From contig CAVOUK010000007.1 of NCBI GenBank assembly GCA_963699585.1, positions 361 to 64,360 of the forward strand: a DNA stretch of 64,000 nucleotides. Reading direction: 5' to 3'. Position 1 is the first letter of the stretch. Each line of letters opens with the position of its first letter. The position numbers and the translations under genes are program-made. This document shows positions 13,987 to 24,310 of this stretch, one piece after another. The DNA is from Thermodesulfovibrionia bacterium. GTDB taxonomy: Bacteria > Nitrospirota > Thermodesulfovibrionia > UBA6902. The notes beneath the pieces were generated by a model. That model had not been told where the DNA came from, did not search any database, and saw only the letters and a program-made list of their open reading frames with translations.

Positions 13987-15112
13987 ATGATAAACAAAAA
14001 GAACATAGAAAGATACATAAAAGGGCTTTTGGGAAGTGATCTTGTCGGGATAAAGATAAAAAAACTCGGTGAGGGGGTCCAGGGAGCCGGGTTCCTGATT
14101 GATATGAAAACAAAACAGGGCCCAAAATCGTATGTTATAAAAGGGCTCTTTCCCGAAGGGCTGGAGCATGATTATCCTTCAGACAGGGCAGGCGTATTCC
14201 TCCTTGACCTTGATGAGTTTAAGAACCTGCCAAAGCATGTTAAGGCTGTTGATGTCCTGGCTGAAATGGAAGACGGCTCCATAAAATCCATCGGCGGCGG
14301 CAGGGAATATTATCTGCTGATGGAACGGGCGGAGGGCAGACATTATTTCAACGATCTGATCTGCCTTCTCTAAAAAAGAAAGACTTGATGATACTGACAT
14401 CACTAAAATAAAAACTATGACGTCATACCTTGCTGAACTTCATTCTATGAAAAAAGAGTCAAGACATCTCTACTGGAGAAAGATCAGAGATACCATTGGA
14501 CATGGTGAATGCCTTATGGGAGTATTTGATACATATCCTGACGGAACTATCAGTTATGAAGAAATAGCGGATATTGAAAAAAAGTGCGTGGACTGGCGGG
14601 CTAAATTAAAACCAGGATTCAAAAGGCTTTGCCGGATACACGGGGATTTTCATCCGGGGAATATATGGTTCAAAGAAGTCAAAAGTCAGAAGTCAGAAGT
14701 CAGCGGTAAGCACACACAAACCCCACACCCTAAACTCAAGGGGGGGCAAGGGGGGGTTATTGATTTCATTCTCCTCGACCGCAGCCGGGGGCCATGGGGT
14801 GATGCTGCAGATGATATAACTGCGTTAACAATAAACTACATCTTTTTTTCATTAAACCATTACGGACAGGTTCAGGGGACTTATTTTGAAGCGCTGAAAT
14901 TGTTTTATAATGAATATATACAAAAAACAGGAGATGAGGAACTTCTTGAAGTAGTTGCGCCATTCTATGCATTCAGGGGTTCAGTAGTCGCCAATCCGGT
15001 TTTTTATCCTGACGTGTCACCGGAGAACAGGAGAAAGGTCTTCAATTTTATACATGGAGTTCTGGATGATGAATCTTTTAAAATTGAAAAGGTAAATGAA
15101 TATATTTTGTAG
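13987..15112 (+). CDS. Aminoglycoside-phosphotransferase/choline-kinase-fold protein; frameshift near 14360
   Basis: ORFs 13987..14373 and 14417..15112. Gly-loop LGEGVQG, VIK lysine, YLLME hinge, catalytic HGDFHPGN, LLDRSRG. Confidence 0.8.
14676..14758 (+). repeat. In-frame repeat insertion in the kinase gene: (AAGTCAR)x4 plus a C-rich/G-rich hairpin
   Basis: AAGTCAA AAGTCAG AAGTCAG AAGTCAG ... AACCCCACACCCTAAACTCAAGGGGGGGCAAGGGGGGGTT; the hairpin resembles intergenic 46344-46388. Confidence 0.75.
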
Positions 15113-15131
15113 GGGCGGGGTGCCCCCGCCC
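15109..15131 (+). repeat. GTAG-type REP hairpin supplying the TAG stop of the kinase gene
   Basis: GTAGGGGCGGGGTGCCCCCGCCC; TAG at 15110-15112 is the stop codon. Confidence 0.7.
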
Positions 15132-15164
15132 TTTTCGTGTAAATAACAACCAACGGAGTTCTCA

Positions 15165-15966
15165 ATGAAAATTCAAGCTCTTAGAAAGATCGGTAAACGG
15201 CCTAAGAAAGGAAATCTTTCTCCATATAGAAGAGTTGCGCAATGCAGCTCCAATAGGAAAAGGGGCAAGCGGCGATATTACTCATCCGATTGACAAAAAA
15301 GCTGAAGACATAGTTATTGAGGAAGCAGAGAAACTCAAAATACCGCTCACTATTGTATCGGAAGAGTGCGGTGTCATAGATATCAAAGGCGGCGGGATCA
15401 AGCTTTTATTAGATCCTATTGACGGAAGCAGAAATGCATTAAGCGGGATCCCGCTGTTTTCTACGTCAATAGCAATTATTGACGGCGATACTATAGGGAA
15501 CACTTCACTGGGTTACGTAATTAACCTGATAAGCGGAGACGAATTCTGGGCAATAAAAGGCGGGGGAAGTTTCCTGAATGGAATGCCTGTAAAAACCCAG
15601 CAGGATAATACCTTCAAGGTCCTTGCCTATGAAGCCCAGACACCGAAAGTTGATATACCGGTGATTATGCCGCTGATCTCCATGTTTTCCAGGGCCAGAT
15701 GCTTTGGTTCAACCGCACTCGATCTGGCATTTCTTGCACAGGGCGCCATAAGTGTATTTGCTGTGCCCTCTAACTCAAGAAGTTTTGATTTTGCGGCAGG
15801 GTATCTGATGGTTAAAGAAGCAGGTGGTTTTATTACGGACCTTACCGGCGGGAAAATAGAAGATATCAGAATAAGCGTTAAAAGTACAACGTCTCTGCTT
15901 GCAGCAGGGAACGAAGAGCTTCATAAAAAGGTGTTAGAAGTTTTATGCAATCAAAAAAGAAACTGA
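15165..15966 (+). CDS. Inositol monophosphatase / FBPase-IMPase family; N-terminal frameshift
   Basis: SEE, LDPIDGS, FGSTAL and FDFAAG motifs; ATG 15165 follows GGAG. Confidence 0.88.
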
Positions 15967-16100
15967 AAAAGAACCCCTGCCCTGATTGCAACTTCTGCCA
16001 GTGGTGCAGTGATGAACGGTGCAGGGTCTGCAGGCATCCCTGCAAAAGACATAAGAGGAAAAAGAAGAAACCGCATAAACCACTTTTTCTGAAGTATTAA
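15945..16100 (+). CDS. 51-aa cysteine- and lysine-rich small protein (putative metal binding)
   Basis: MQSKKKLKKNPCPDCNFCQWCSDERCRVCRHPCKRHKRKKKKPHKPLFLKY; seven Cys; start overlaps the IMPase 3' end; below the ORF-track size cutoff. Confidence 0.7.
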   Translation: MQSKKKLKKNPCPDCNFCQWCSDERCRVCRHPCKRHKRKKKKPHKPLFLKY

Positions 16101-16166
16101 ATTGTATAAACCTAAAAACGGCAGTTAGCCGCTGATTTGCGCAGATTGACACGGATTATTAAACAA

Positions 16167-16253
16167 GTTTTATTGGTTAAAACTGTTTAATTGGTTTTAT
16201 TGGTTGAGTTAGTTAACTAATCAAACCAATAGAACTAATAAAACTAATTAAAC
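16167..16253. repeat. Nonamer tandem-repeat palindrome centred on GTTAAC (family A, copy 2), nested in family B/C-like arms
   Basis: Five GTTnnnntR-type units, GTTAAC at 16212-16217, four complementary units; reverse-complement homolog of 8580-8657. Confidence 0.85.
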
Positions 16254-16328
16254 ACTCTCCGGAATAGTTGATTCCGGCTTTTGATGGCTAAATGCTTTTT
16301 ATAGGTTCAAGGGTTCAAAGAAAAAATA

Positions 16329-16899
16329 TCAATTACTGGCAGGAACAAAATCATGCAGTGTCAGGATATTATAAACCGGATAACCTGAAGCCTCTATATT
16401 CTGCCTGCCGTTTTGTTCACAACGGTCTAATAGTATAATCACTGCGTCTATGATCAGGTTGTTTTCTTTTGCAGTATTTATTGCCTTTATTGTGGAGCTG
16501 CCTGTAGTCACTACGTCATCCACGATAATAACGTGGTCCCCTGTCTTTACATCTCCTTCTATCGGTAATTTGAGGCCATGCTGTTTCGGTTCTTTTCTTA
16601 TCACAAAAGCATTGTATAGGTTCTTTTGCAATATAAGAGTGCATGGCAACTGCATAAGCGATAGGATCGGCCCCAAGAGTAAGACCGCCGATCGCATGCG
16701 GATGCAAACCAAGCCCTTTGATCTTCTCAAAAACTATTTTGCCGACAAGATACATACCGTCAGGAGATTGAGTTGTTTTTTTCAGGTTAAAGTAAAAATT
16801 ACTGACCCCGCCTGATGAAAGTTTAAATTTTGGCTCACTGCTATACTGAAAAGAGCGTTCCCGTATTATTTGAATGAGTCTCTCTTTTAGATCGTCCAT
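16329..16899 (-). CDS. pyrE: Orotate phosphoribosyltransferase; one frameshift near 16610
   Basis: FKLSSGGVSNFY, GGLTLGADP, RKEPKQHG and IVDDVVTTGSS across two ORFs. Confidence 0.93.
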
Positions 16900-16964
16900 G
16901 GCTATGAACTATACCAGATAGTAAAACAGTTTTTCAATTAAAACCCATTAGTTGGAGACGGACC

Positions 16965-17485
16965 TTATTTTCTTAAATGTTTGCTGGTCCTTGCATGAAT
17001 AAGAAGGATGACCCCGCCGGTTGCGCCGCCCACTACAGCGCCGCCTAAAACATCGGACGGATAATGGACCCCAACATATATCCTTGAGAAGGCAACAAGA
17101 AATGCCAGCAGGAACGCCGGAATCGCGCCGCTTCTGAAAAGATGCCCAATGATTGAAGCCATCGCAAAAGAAGTCGCAGCATGCCCCGAAGGAAAAGAAA
17201 ATGATCCGGAACAGGCAATAAGAAGCCTGACATTTTGAAGCTCATTACAGGGTCTTGGCCTTGCAAAATATTTTTTAAAAATTACTATGATATTATCGGC
17301 AATAAAATAATCCCGTAATGCAAAGGATGAATATAAGGATCCCTTTACGCCAGTCTTTAAAAAATCAAAGGGAACAGCACCGCCAGAAAAACAAGATAGC
17401 CCCTGTGTGTTATAAAAGGCATTGCAATATCAAAGACATTATTCTGCAGATTTTGATTGATCAGTAAAAACAGATAGGTGTCCAT
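16965..17485 (-). CDS. PAP2-family membrane phosphatase; several frameshifts
   Basis: K..FARPRP, SFSFPSGHAATSF and SRIYVGVHYPSDV motifs in different frames. Confidence 0.8.
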
Positions 17486-17521
17486 AAGTTAATGATACAC
17501 AGGGCACTCTTTACCGTGGCC

Positions 17522-17978
17522 CTACAGTCTCTCAATCACTTTTTTAATCACCTCAGATTGAAAACCCCCTTCGCTGAAGCATGCCCCAGAGTCTCCGCTT
17601 GATAATTTCTTCGGGATATTTATCAAGGCTCTTTAATTTCTTTTCTGCAAATCCCGCTGCAGATTCGGCCTCAATATCGTTTGTATAGATTGATAATTCT
17701 TTATGTATGAGTTCTTTATCGATCCCTCTTCTGGACAGGAAGGCCTCGATGCCTTTTTTCCCAAGAGATTTTCTTTCTACTGAATATCTGAAAAGCTCTT
17801 TGGTTAGAGCTTCGTCGCTGATTAAGCCTGCATTTTCAAGGAAGTGAATAGTAGCTTCAATCTCTTTAACGGAGAAGCCTTTTCTTTTCAGCCTGTCAGA
17901 TATCTCTTTTCTGCTTCTGGAGCGGTAACTTAGCAGTTTTAATGCGCAGGTTTTGGCGTCATTGCGAAAACCTTTCAA
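17522..17978 (-). CDS. recX: Regulatory protein RecX; frameshift near the 3' end
   Basis: ALKLLSYRSRSRKE..L.RKGF and LQRRGF; lies downstream of recA-pilT. Confidence 0.88.
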
Positions 17979-19116
17979 TATCAGGCCCCTTTTTATTTTT
18001 TTCTTTAGTAGCGGAACTCTGTTCCCATGATTCCTTTGTGGATAATATTCCTTTAACCTTGAGTGCAAAGTCATCCGGATTTGTGGCCCAGCTTATTGCA
18101 TTTTCATACGTTATAATCCCGCGTTTGTACAGGCTCAGGAAGGATTGATCAAAGGTCTGCATGCCGTACTGGCTGAAACCTTCCGCTATGTAATCGGAAA
18201 TAAGCTTTGTTTTATCAGGGTCCTCTATACAGCCCTTTATAGTTGCCGTTGCCACAAGCACTTCAATGGCGGGCACTCTTCCTTTTTCATCCGCCCTCGG
18301 AACAAGCCTCATGGATATGATCGCCCTTAGAATAGAGGCAAGCTGTATCCTGACCTGCTTATGCTGATAAGGAGGAAAAACAGTAATGATCCTGTTTATG
18401 GTTTCTACTGCATCAGAAGTGTGCAGCGTGCTGAAAACAAGATGGCCTGTTTCAGCTGCGATCAGGGCCGTCTGGATGGTTTCAAAATCACGCATTTCAC
18501 CGACAAGAATAACGTCAGGGTCCTGTCTTAAGGCAGCCCTCAGGGCCTTGCTGAACGATTCTGTGTCATGACCGATCTCTCTCTGGCTGATTATACTTTT
18601 TTTGTCCCTGTGTAAAAATTCTATCGGGTCTTCGATCGTTATAATATTTCTTGTTTTATTTAAATTTATATAATCGACCATGGATGCGAGGGTGGTGGAC
18701 TTCCCGCTTCCTGTTGTTCCGGTAACAAGGATAAGCCCTCTCGGCTCCAGGGCGATCTTCTTTAAAACAACCGGCAGCATCAATTCTTCAATATCCAGGA
18801 TTTCCATGGAAACAACCCTGAAAACAATGCATATAGACCCTCTCTGCATAAAACAGTTACACCTGAACCTGGCAAGTCCGGGGACGCTATACCCGATATC
18901 TATATCATGTGCCTTATCAAATTGCTCCCACTGATAGTCGTTCATTATTGATCTGGCTAAATTCAAAGTATCTTCCGGGGACAGCCTTTTTTCATCCTGC
19001 AAAGGGATGATCTTCCCATCGACCCTGACAATAGGCTGATTGCCTGCCTTTATATGCAGGTCGGAAGCCTTCATCTGAGCAGCCTTCTTTAAGAGTGTAT
19101 TAATATCAATTGACAT
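17959..19116 (-). CDS. pilT: Type IV pilus retraction ATPase PilT/PilU family
   Basis: ASDLHI, GTTGSGKSTT, TIEDPIE, ALRQDPDVILVGEMRD, TGHLVFSTLH. Confidence 0.93.
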   Translation of the reverse strand: MSIDINTLLKKAAQMKASDLHIKAGNQPIVRVDGKIIPLQDEKRLSPEDTLNLARSIMNDYQWEQFDKAHDIDIGYSVPGLARFRCNCFMQRGSICIVFRVVSMEILDIEELMLPVVLKKIALEPRGLILVTGTTGSGKSTTLASMVDYINLNKTRNIITIEDPIEFLHRDKKSIISQREIGHDTESFSKALRAALRQDPDVILVGEMRDFETIQTALIAAETGHLVFSTLHTSDAVETINRIITVFPPYQHKQVRIQLASILRAIISMRLVPRADEKGRVPAIEVLVATATIKGCIEDPDKTKLISDYIAEGFSQYGMQTFDQSFLSLYKRGIITYENAISWATNPDDFALKVKGILSTKESWEQSSATKEKNKKGPDIERFSQ

Positions 19117-19223
19117 AAGTTATCTCCGATTTAAAACCTTAATGCATAATGAATTATTCTTGTCATTTACACATCTCTCATTACACTTCACACATTACGA
19201 TTAACTTTATCGGATTTTTTTAC

Positions 19224-20219
19224 TTATTTCTTAAAATTATAGGCTTCCAGTATCTTAGATTCGATCTCTCCTGCTATCTGAGGGTTCGCCTGCAGATATT
19301 GCCTGGAATTCTCTCTCCCCTGCCCTATCCGGGTACCGTTATAAGAGTACCATGCGCCTGATTTCTCAATGATGTTCTTTTCAACGCCGAGATCAATTAT
19401 CTCGCCGTTTCTCGAAATCCCTTCATTGAAATAAATATCAAACTCAGCCTGTTTAAAAGGCGGGGCCACTTTGTTCTTGACCACCTTTACCCTCACCCTG
19501 CTTCCTATCGACTCCTGTGCGTCTTTCAGGTTTTCAATTTTTCTGATATCAAGCCTTACAGATGCGTAAAACTTGAGCGCATTTCCGCCGGTTGTAGTTT
19601 CAGGGTTTCCGAACATAACCCCGATTTTCATTCGTATCTGGTTAATGAATATAACGGTGGCCTGGCCTTTTGCAATTGCCGCTGTGAGTTTTCTCAAGGC
19701 CTGACTCATGAGCCGTGCCTGAAGTCCCGGCAGGCTGTCCCCCATGTCCCCTTCGATCTCTGCCCGTGGCACCAGCGCTGCTACAGAATCTATGACAATA
19801 ACATCAAGCGCACCGCTGCGGACCAGCGTTTCAGTCACTTCAAGCGCCTGCTCTCCGGTGTCAGGCTGGCTTACAAGAAGATCATTGATGTTGACCCCGA
19901 GTTTTTCAGCATATGCCAGGTCCAGCGCATGCTCGGCATCGATATAGGCTGCGTTGCCCCCTGCTTTTTGTGCCTGCGCTACAGCATTGAGCGCAAGAGT
20001 TGTCTTTCCTGACGATTCAGGGCCGTAGATCTCAACAACCCTTCCTCTCGGATATCCACCGATTCCAAGCGCCGCGTCAAGGCCGATCGACCCTGAGGGG
20101 ATAACCTGTATTTCCGTTATACCTTCAGAGCCGAGACGCATTATTGCGCCTTTGCCGAACTGTTTTTCTATCTGCGATATGGCTACTTCAAGAGCCTTTG
20201 AACGATCCTTGTCAGACAT
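19224..20219 (-). CDS. recA: Recombinase A
   Basis: [38 protein letters not shown]. Confidence 0.99.
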   Translation of the reverse strand: MSDKDRSKALEVAISQIEKQFGKGAIMRLGSEGITEIQVIPSGSIGLDAALGIGGYPRGRVVEIYGPESSGKTTLALNAVAQAQKAGGNAAYIDAEHALDLAYAEKLGVNINDLLVSQPDTGEQALEVTETLVRSGALDVIVIDSVAALVPRAEIEGDMGDSLPGLQARLMSQALRKLTAAIAKGQATVIFINQIRMKIGVMFGNPETTTGGNALKFYASVRLDIRKIENLKDAQESIGSRVRVKVVKNKVAPPFKQAEFDIYFNEGISRNGEIIDLGVEKNIIEKSGAWYSYNGTRIGQGRENSRQYLQANPQIAGEIESKILEAYNFKK

Positions 20220-20280
20220 ATGATATCCTCCTCGTATTTAAATTTATCAGTTAAATTTTAAACTCGCATGTCAATCAAAT

Positions 20281-20367
20281 TAATAATGAGTAATGATTAA
20301 TTAACAATTATGGAATTAAAATTTGTTGTCATTAATTACTCATTGCTCATTACTAATTATTCATTGT
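20281..20367. repeat. Heptamer palindromic array (TAATGAG / CTCATTA type) overlapping the thpR stop
   Basis: TAATGAG TAATGAT TAATTAA CAATTAT ... ACTCATT GCTCATT ACTAATT ATTCATT; same type as 54007-54129. Confidence 0.75.
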
Positions 20368-20920
20368 TTCTCAATGCAATCTCAGCAACCTTCGTATACT
20401 TCGCACCTGCCGGGCTTAAATCGCTTTTCATTAAATAAACGGATTTCACATCGATAACGCCAAACTTATTGTCCTTATGCAATTCAATTTCTTCCAATAA
20501 AGTTTCCTTTCCCATTAAAGACCTGAATCTGCCGAGGGTGAGGTGAGGGACAAACTTCCTGTTTTCTTTTTCAAATCCCATAGAAGCCATCGCGTCCTCA
20601 ATTTCCTGTTGAAGCGCTGCAAAAGTCCCGTTTCCGTTAATTCCAACCCATAGAACACGTGGAGATCTCTTGTTTGGGAAAACACCTGCTCCCGCGATCT
20701 CAAGATTAAACGCTGTATACTTCCTGCACGTCCCCTCAATTATATTTACTATACTATCAACATCTTTTTCTTTAATATCGCCGAGGAATTTCAGTGTAAG
20801 ATGAATGCCCTCGGGTTTTACCCATCTCACATCCGCTCCGCACTTTTTAAGTCCATTCTGCAATTCAGAAAGAGCGGTTCTTACCGGCTCCGGCAATTCT
20901 ATAGCAATAAAACTTCTCAA
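20357..20920 (-). CDS. thpR: RNA 2',3'-cyclic phosphodiesterase (2H family)
   Basis: RSFIAI, HLTLKFLG, PRVLWVG, PHLTLGR; start uncertain (TTG 20920 or 20950). Confidence 0.93.
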   Translation of the reverse strand: MRSFIAIELPEPVRTALSELQNGLKKCGADVRWVKPEGIHLTLKFLGDIKEKDVDSIVNIIEGTCRKYTAFNLEIAGAGVFPNKRSPRVLWVGINGNGTFAALQQEIEDAMASMGFEKENRKFVPHLTLGRFRSLMGKETLLEEIELHKDNKFGVIDVKSVYLMKSDLSPAGAKYTKVAEIALRNNE

Positions 20921-21031
20921 GATTATTTTATATATCAGTTTATGTTCCAAAATAGGATACCACAGAAATGTAAAAATGTGCAGTGCCTTTGAAAAGTAAA
21001 TGTTGGCAAGTTTGAGCTAACCTTAAAACAT

Positions 21032-21060
21032 GTAGGGGCAGGTTTTAAACCCGCCCTTAC
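21032..21060 (+). repeat. GTAG-type REP hairpin
   Basis: GTAGGGGCAGGTTTTAAACCCGCCCTTAC. Confidence 0.75.
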
Positions 21061-21110
21061 GATATGGGAAACACGAAAAATGTGGGATTTGTCGCCGTTT
21101 ATTATTAATT

Positions 21111-21554
21111 TCATACTAAATATCTCCACAACTGCAAACAAATATTCGCATAAATCCCTGCCAATACATCATCCAGCATAATGCCTGCTCCTCCCGGGAC
21201 ATTCCTCTCTATCGCTCTTATCGGAGGCGGTTTGAATATATCGAATATCCTGAACAATATAAATGCCGCAATCAAATATCCGATACTTTTAGGAATAAAT
21301 ATTACAGATATCATATAGCCGCAAAGTTCATCTATTACAATATGGGTGCTGTCTTTGCCAAGTTGTTTTTCAGCGCTATGTGCGGTTAGCGTTCCTATGA
21401 AGAATACAAAGGCTGTAACTATTGAGAGGCTGATGTCATCGGTTTTCAAAATAGTACAACAAGCAAACCCGCTGCCGTGCCTGCGGTTCCCGGCGCATAC
21501 AGGCAGGTAACCAAGAAAGCCGAGGGTTGCGATGTATTTATATAAGGTTTGCAA
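21111..21554 (-). CDS. pgpA: Phosphatidylglycerophosphatase A; compensating internal frameshifts
   Basis: IATLGFLGYLP, IVIDE, LFRIFDIFKP, GIMLDDVLAG. Confidence 0.9.
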   Translation of the reverse strand: MQTLYKYIATLGFLGYLPVCAGNRRHGSGFACCTILKTDDISLSIVTAFVFFIGTLTAHSAEKQLGKDSTHIVIDELCGYMISVIFIPKSIGYLIAAFILFRIFDIFKPPPIRAIERNVPGGAGIMLDDVLAGIYANICLQLWRYLV

Positions 21555-21573
21555 GTGTAAGATTTCCCATCTT

Positions 21574-21630
21574 GTAGGGGCGACCCTTGTGGTCGCCATT
21601 CATTAGGGCAGGTACAAGACCTGCCCCTAC
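21574..21630. repeat. Inverted REP doublet (GTAG...CTAC)
   Basis: GTAGGGGCGACCCTTGTGGTCGCC...AGGGCAGGTACAAGACCTGCCCCTAC. Confidence 0.8.
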
Positions 21631-21652
21631 AAAATATTATGCAGGGGTATAT

Positions 21653-22072
21653 TCATTCCTGAATAATTTTATACGAATGTGTTATCTCTGCGGCCTTACC
21701 GAGCGTTGCACCCACTGAACAATACTTCTCCAGTGAAAGTTCAACCGCCCTTTTTACGGCGTCTTCAGAGATATCCCTGCCTGTAACGACATATTCAATA
21801 TGCATCGACGTGTACATCTGCGGATAATCCTTTGCCATTTCACCTGATACATTTATCTCAAATTTGGTCACATTCTGTTTCTTCTTCCTTAATATTGAGA
21901 TCACATCCATCCCCGAACAGCCGCCAAAGGCCATCGGGAGTAATTCCGATGGTTTTGAGCCAGTGCCTTTGCCGCCGGCTGAAAGAGGCGCATCCATAAC
22001 TACCGCATGACCTGTATCTGCTACACCTACAAACTGCATGTCCTGAACAAGAGTAATTTTAGCGCTCGGCAT
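21653..22072 (-). CDS. OsmC/YhfA family protein
   Basis: PSELL..GGCSGMDV and LSLEKYCSV. Confidence 0.92.
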   Translation of the reverse strand: MPSAKITLVQDMQFVGVADTGHAVVMDAPLSAGGKGTGSKPSELLPMAFGGCSGMDVISILRKKKQNVTKFEINVSGEMAKDYPQMYTSMHIEYVVTGRDISEDAVKRAVELSLEKYCSVGATLGKAAEITHSYKIIQE

Positions 22073-22121
22073 AATAAACCTCCTGTAAAAAAGAATCTAT
22101 CCTAGACTTCATAGGTTTTTT

Positions 22122-22186
22122 GCCACAGACTTACACTGACTTATTTATAATTCTCACTTTTTCTTTTGTCTGTGTATATCAGTGGC
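22122..22186 (-). repeat. Family C MITE-like element, shortest copy, inverted orientation
   Basis: GCCACAGACTTACACTGACTTATTT...TTTGTCTGTGTATATCAGTGGC. Confidence 0.8.
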
Positions 22187-22347
22187 TGAGAATAAATTAA
22201 ATATATGCAATCTGTGTAATCTGCGGAAATATTTTTTATCATCTTCTTAAATGTACGTAATTGTCTTTTTTTTGTCAATTAATAAGATCGTTATTGCGAA
22301 ACCTGAATTTATCATTCATAATTGTATTATCCTGTAAAAAGCAGTTG

Positions 22348-22475
22348 GCCACAGACTAACACAGAGAAGAAAAAGTGCGAAGTAGAAGTGAGAAGTAATA
22401 AGTAAGAAAAAGCTTTATACTGCCTACTCCCTACTGTTCACTTCTTAATTAAATAAGTCAGTGTAAGTCAGTGGC
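22348..22475 (+). repeat. Family C MITE-like element with internal heptamer arrays
   Basis: GCCACAGACTAACACAGA-(AAGTRAG-type)n-(CCTACTN-type)n-AAATAAGTCAGTGTAAGTCAGTGGC. Confidence 0.85.
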
Positions 22476-22521
22476 TAAATGCCATTTTTAGCTTTATACA
22501 CTTTGTAACAAAGGAGGGATT

Positions 22522-23133
22522 ATGAAAGCATTAGTTGTCTATTACTCGATGTACGGACATATTCACCGTATGGCGGAAGCTGTTGCTGAAGGAGTTAAAA
22601 GCGTGCCGGGTGCAACAGCCGAAATGCGGCGGGTCCCTGAAACGCTCCCGCTTGAAGTACTCCAGAATATGGGCGCCGTAGAGGCCCAGAAAAAATTTGA
22701 GCACGTTCCGGTCTGCACAGTTGATGCACTTGGCACTGCCGATGCCATTATATTCGGTACCCCGACGCGTTTCGGCAATATGTGCGGGCAGATGAGACAG
22801 TTCCTTGATGCAACAGGCGTGCTCTGGATGAAGGGGGCGCTTGTGGGTAAAGTCGGCAGTGTTTTTACCAGTTCCGCAACACAGCACGGGGGACAGGAAT
22901 CCACGATACTCAGCTTTCATATTACTTTGCTTCACCAGGGAATGATAATTGTCGGGTTACCGTACGCCTTTCAGGGCCAAATGCGGATTGATGAGATCAC
23001 CGGTGGTTCGCCATATGGCGCTTCCACTATTGCAGGCGGACAGGGGGAGCGCATGCCCAGTCTCAATGAGCTTGAGGCTGCACGTTATCAGGGCAAGCAC
23101 GTTGCGACAATTGCATCAAAGCTTGTACGGTAA
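22522..23133 (+). CDS. wrbA: NAD(P)H:quinone oxidoreductase WrbA
   Basis: [30 protein letters not shown]. Confidence 0.97.
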   Translation: MKALVVYYSMYGHIHRMAEAVAEGVKSVPGATAEMRRVPETLPLEVLQNMGAVEAQKKFEHVPVCTVDALGTADAIIFGTPTRFGNMCGQMRQFLDATGVLWMKGALVGKVGSVFTSSATQHGGQESTILSFHITLLHQGMIIVGLPYAFQGQMRIDEITGGSPYGASTIAGGQGERMPSLNELEAARYQGKHVATIASKLVR

Positions 23134-23134
23134 A

Positions 23135-23178
23135 GCTAAGTGCAAAAGCGCGGAAGTTAGGAAGCGGGGAAGTGTGCA
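23135..23178. repeat. Octamer array between convergent wrbA and ychF
   Basis: AAGTGCAA AAGCGCGG AAGTTAGG AAGCGGGG AAGTGTGC; reverse complement of the CTTCCGCR units at 12051 and 35677. Confidence 0.7.
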
Positions 23179-23187
23179 CTTTCTTCT

Positions 23188-24297
23188 TCATACATTAAAC
23201 TTGAAATTAATTATATCCCCGTCTCTGACAGGATATGTCTTGCCTTCAAGCCTTGCGAGCCCTTTTTCTTTTACCCGCACCATATCTTCTTCAGAAGCAA
23301 TAAAGTCATCATAGCCCACGACTTCTGCGCGAATGAAGCCCCGTTCAATGTCTGAATGTATCTTGCCGGCAGCCTGCTGCGCGTTTGTTCCTTTTTTTAT
23401 GGTCCAGGCCCTGACTTCGTCTTTGCCGACGGTGAAAAACGAGAGCAGCCCGAGCGCGTCGTAGGAAATCCTGCACAGCTTGTGCATGGCCGGTTCGTCA
23501 ATTCCCAGATCGTCGAGGAATGCCTTTGCCTCGTCCGCCGGGAGCTGGACAATCTCCATCTCGATCTTCCCGCAGAAAGGCAGGACCGGAGGCGTCGCGC
23601 CCTGCCCCGTCTCTTTAAAATATATTTCTATCGCATTGTGAAAATTGCCGACCTTCTCTGAGTTGATGTCATTTTCGCCGATATTGAGTACGATTATCTC
23701 AGGCATTGTCGAGAGGAACTGATAGGGAAGCATAAGCCGTTTTTCGTCCTCATTGAATTCCAGGTTCCTGAGTGATATTCCATCTTCAAGGGCTTTTTTG
23801 CATTTAATTAACAGATGCCTGTCCACCTCATCCTGTTTCTTCCCCTTTTTTGCCTGTTCTTCTATTTTCTGAAGACGTTTCTCGACAAGCTCAAGGTCCC
23901 CTAAAATTAACTCCGCCTCAAATGATTTCACATCCCTTACAGGATCAATACTATGCATGGGATGGACGATCGATTCATCCTCAAAGGCCCTTACAACATG
24001 CACGACCGCGTCAGCGTCTTTAATTAAATTGAAGACCTTTGCATTTTGAGCAATATCACCGGAGGTAATACCGGCGTAGTCCACGTATTCTACGGTTGCG
24101 TATGTGGTCTTCTTCGGATTGTAGACAGTGGTCAGCCTCTCAATGCGCGCATCAGGGACCTTGACCATTCCGATCTGCGGCTCAAGTTCAGGAGAGATCA
24201 CTGTCGGGTATGTAGTTGTGGCAAGGTTCAATCCGGTGAGGGCATTAAAAACGGTTGTCTTGCCGGAATTTGAAAAACCTGTGATTGTTAATTTCAT
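23188..24297 (-). CDS. ychF: Redox-regulated ATPase YchF (Obg family)
   Basis: GFSNSGKTT, DYAG, FFTVGKDEVRAW, AAGKIHSDIERGFIRAE, RLEGKTY. Confidence 0.93.
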   Translation of the reverse strand: MKLTITGFSNSGKTTVFNALTGLNLATTTYPTVISPELEPQIGMVKVPDARIERLTTVYNPKKTTYATVEYVDYAGITSGDIAQNAKVFNLIKDADAVVHVVRAFEDESIVHPMHSIDPVRDVKSFEAELILGDLELVEKRLQKIEEQAKKGKKQDEVDRHLLIKCKKALEDGISLRNLEFNEDEKRLMLPYQFLSTMPEIIVLNIGENDINSEKVGNFHNAIEIYFKETGQGATPPVLPFCGKIEMEIVQLPADEAKAFLDDLGIDEPAMHKLCRISYDALGLLSFFTVGKDEVRAWTIKKGTNAQQAAGKIHSDIERGFIRAEVVGYDDFIASEEDMVRVKEKGLARLEGKTYPVRDGDIINFKFNV

Positions 24298-24310
24298 AGA
24301 TCACAATTGG

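Noticed and set aside
13987-15112. Aminoglycoside resistance gene
   Set aside because: Only the general kinase fold motifs are present; the context is housekeeping and there is no mobile-element signature.
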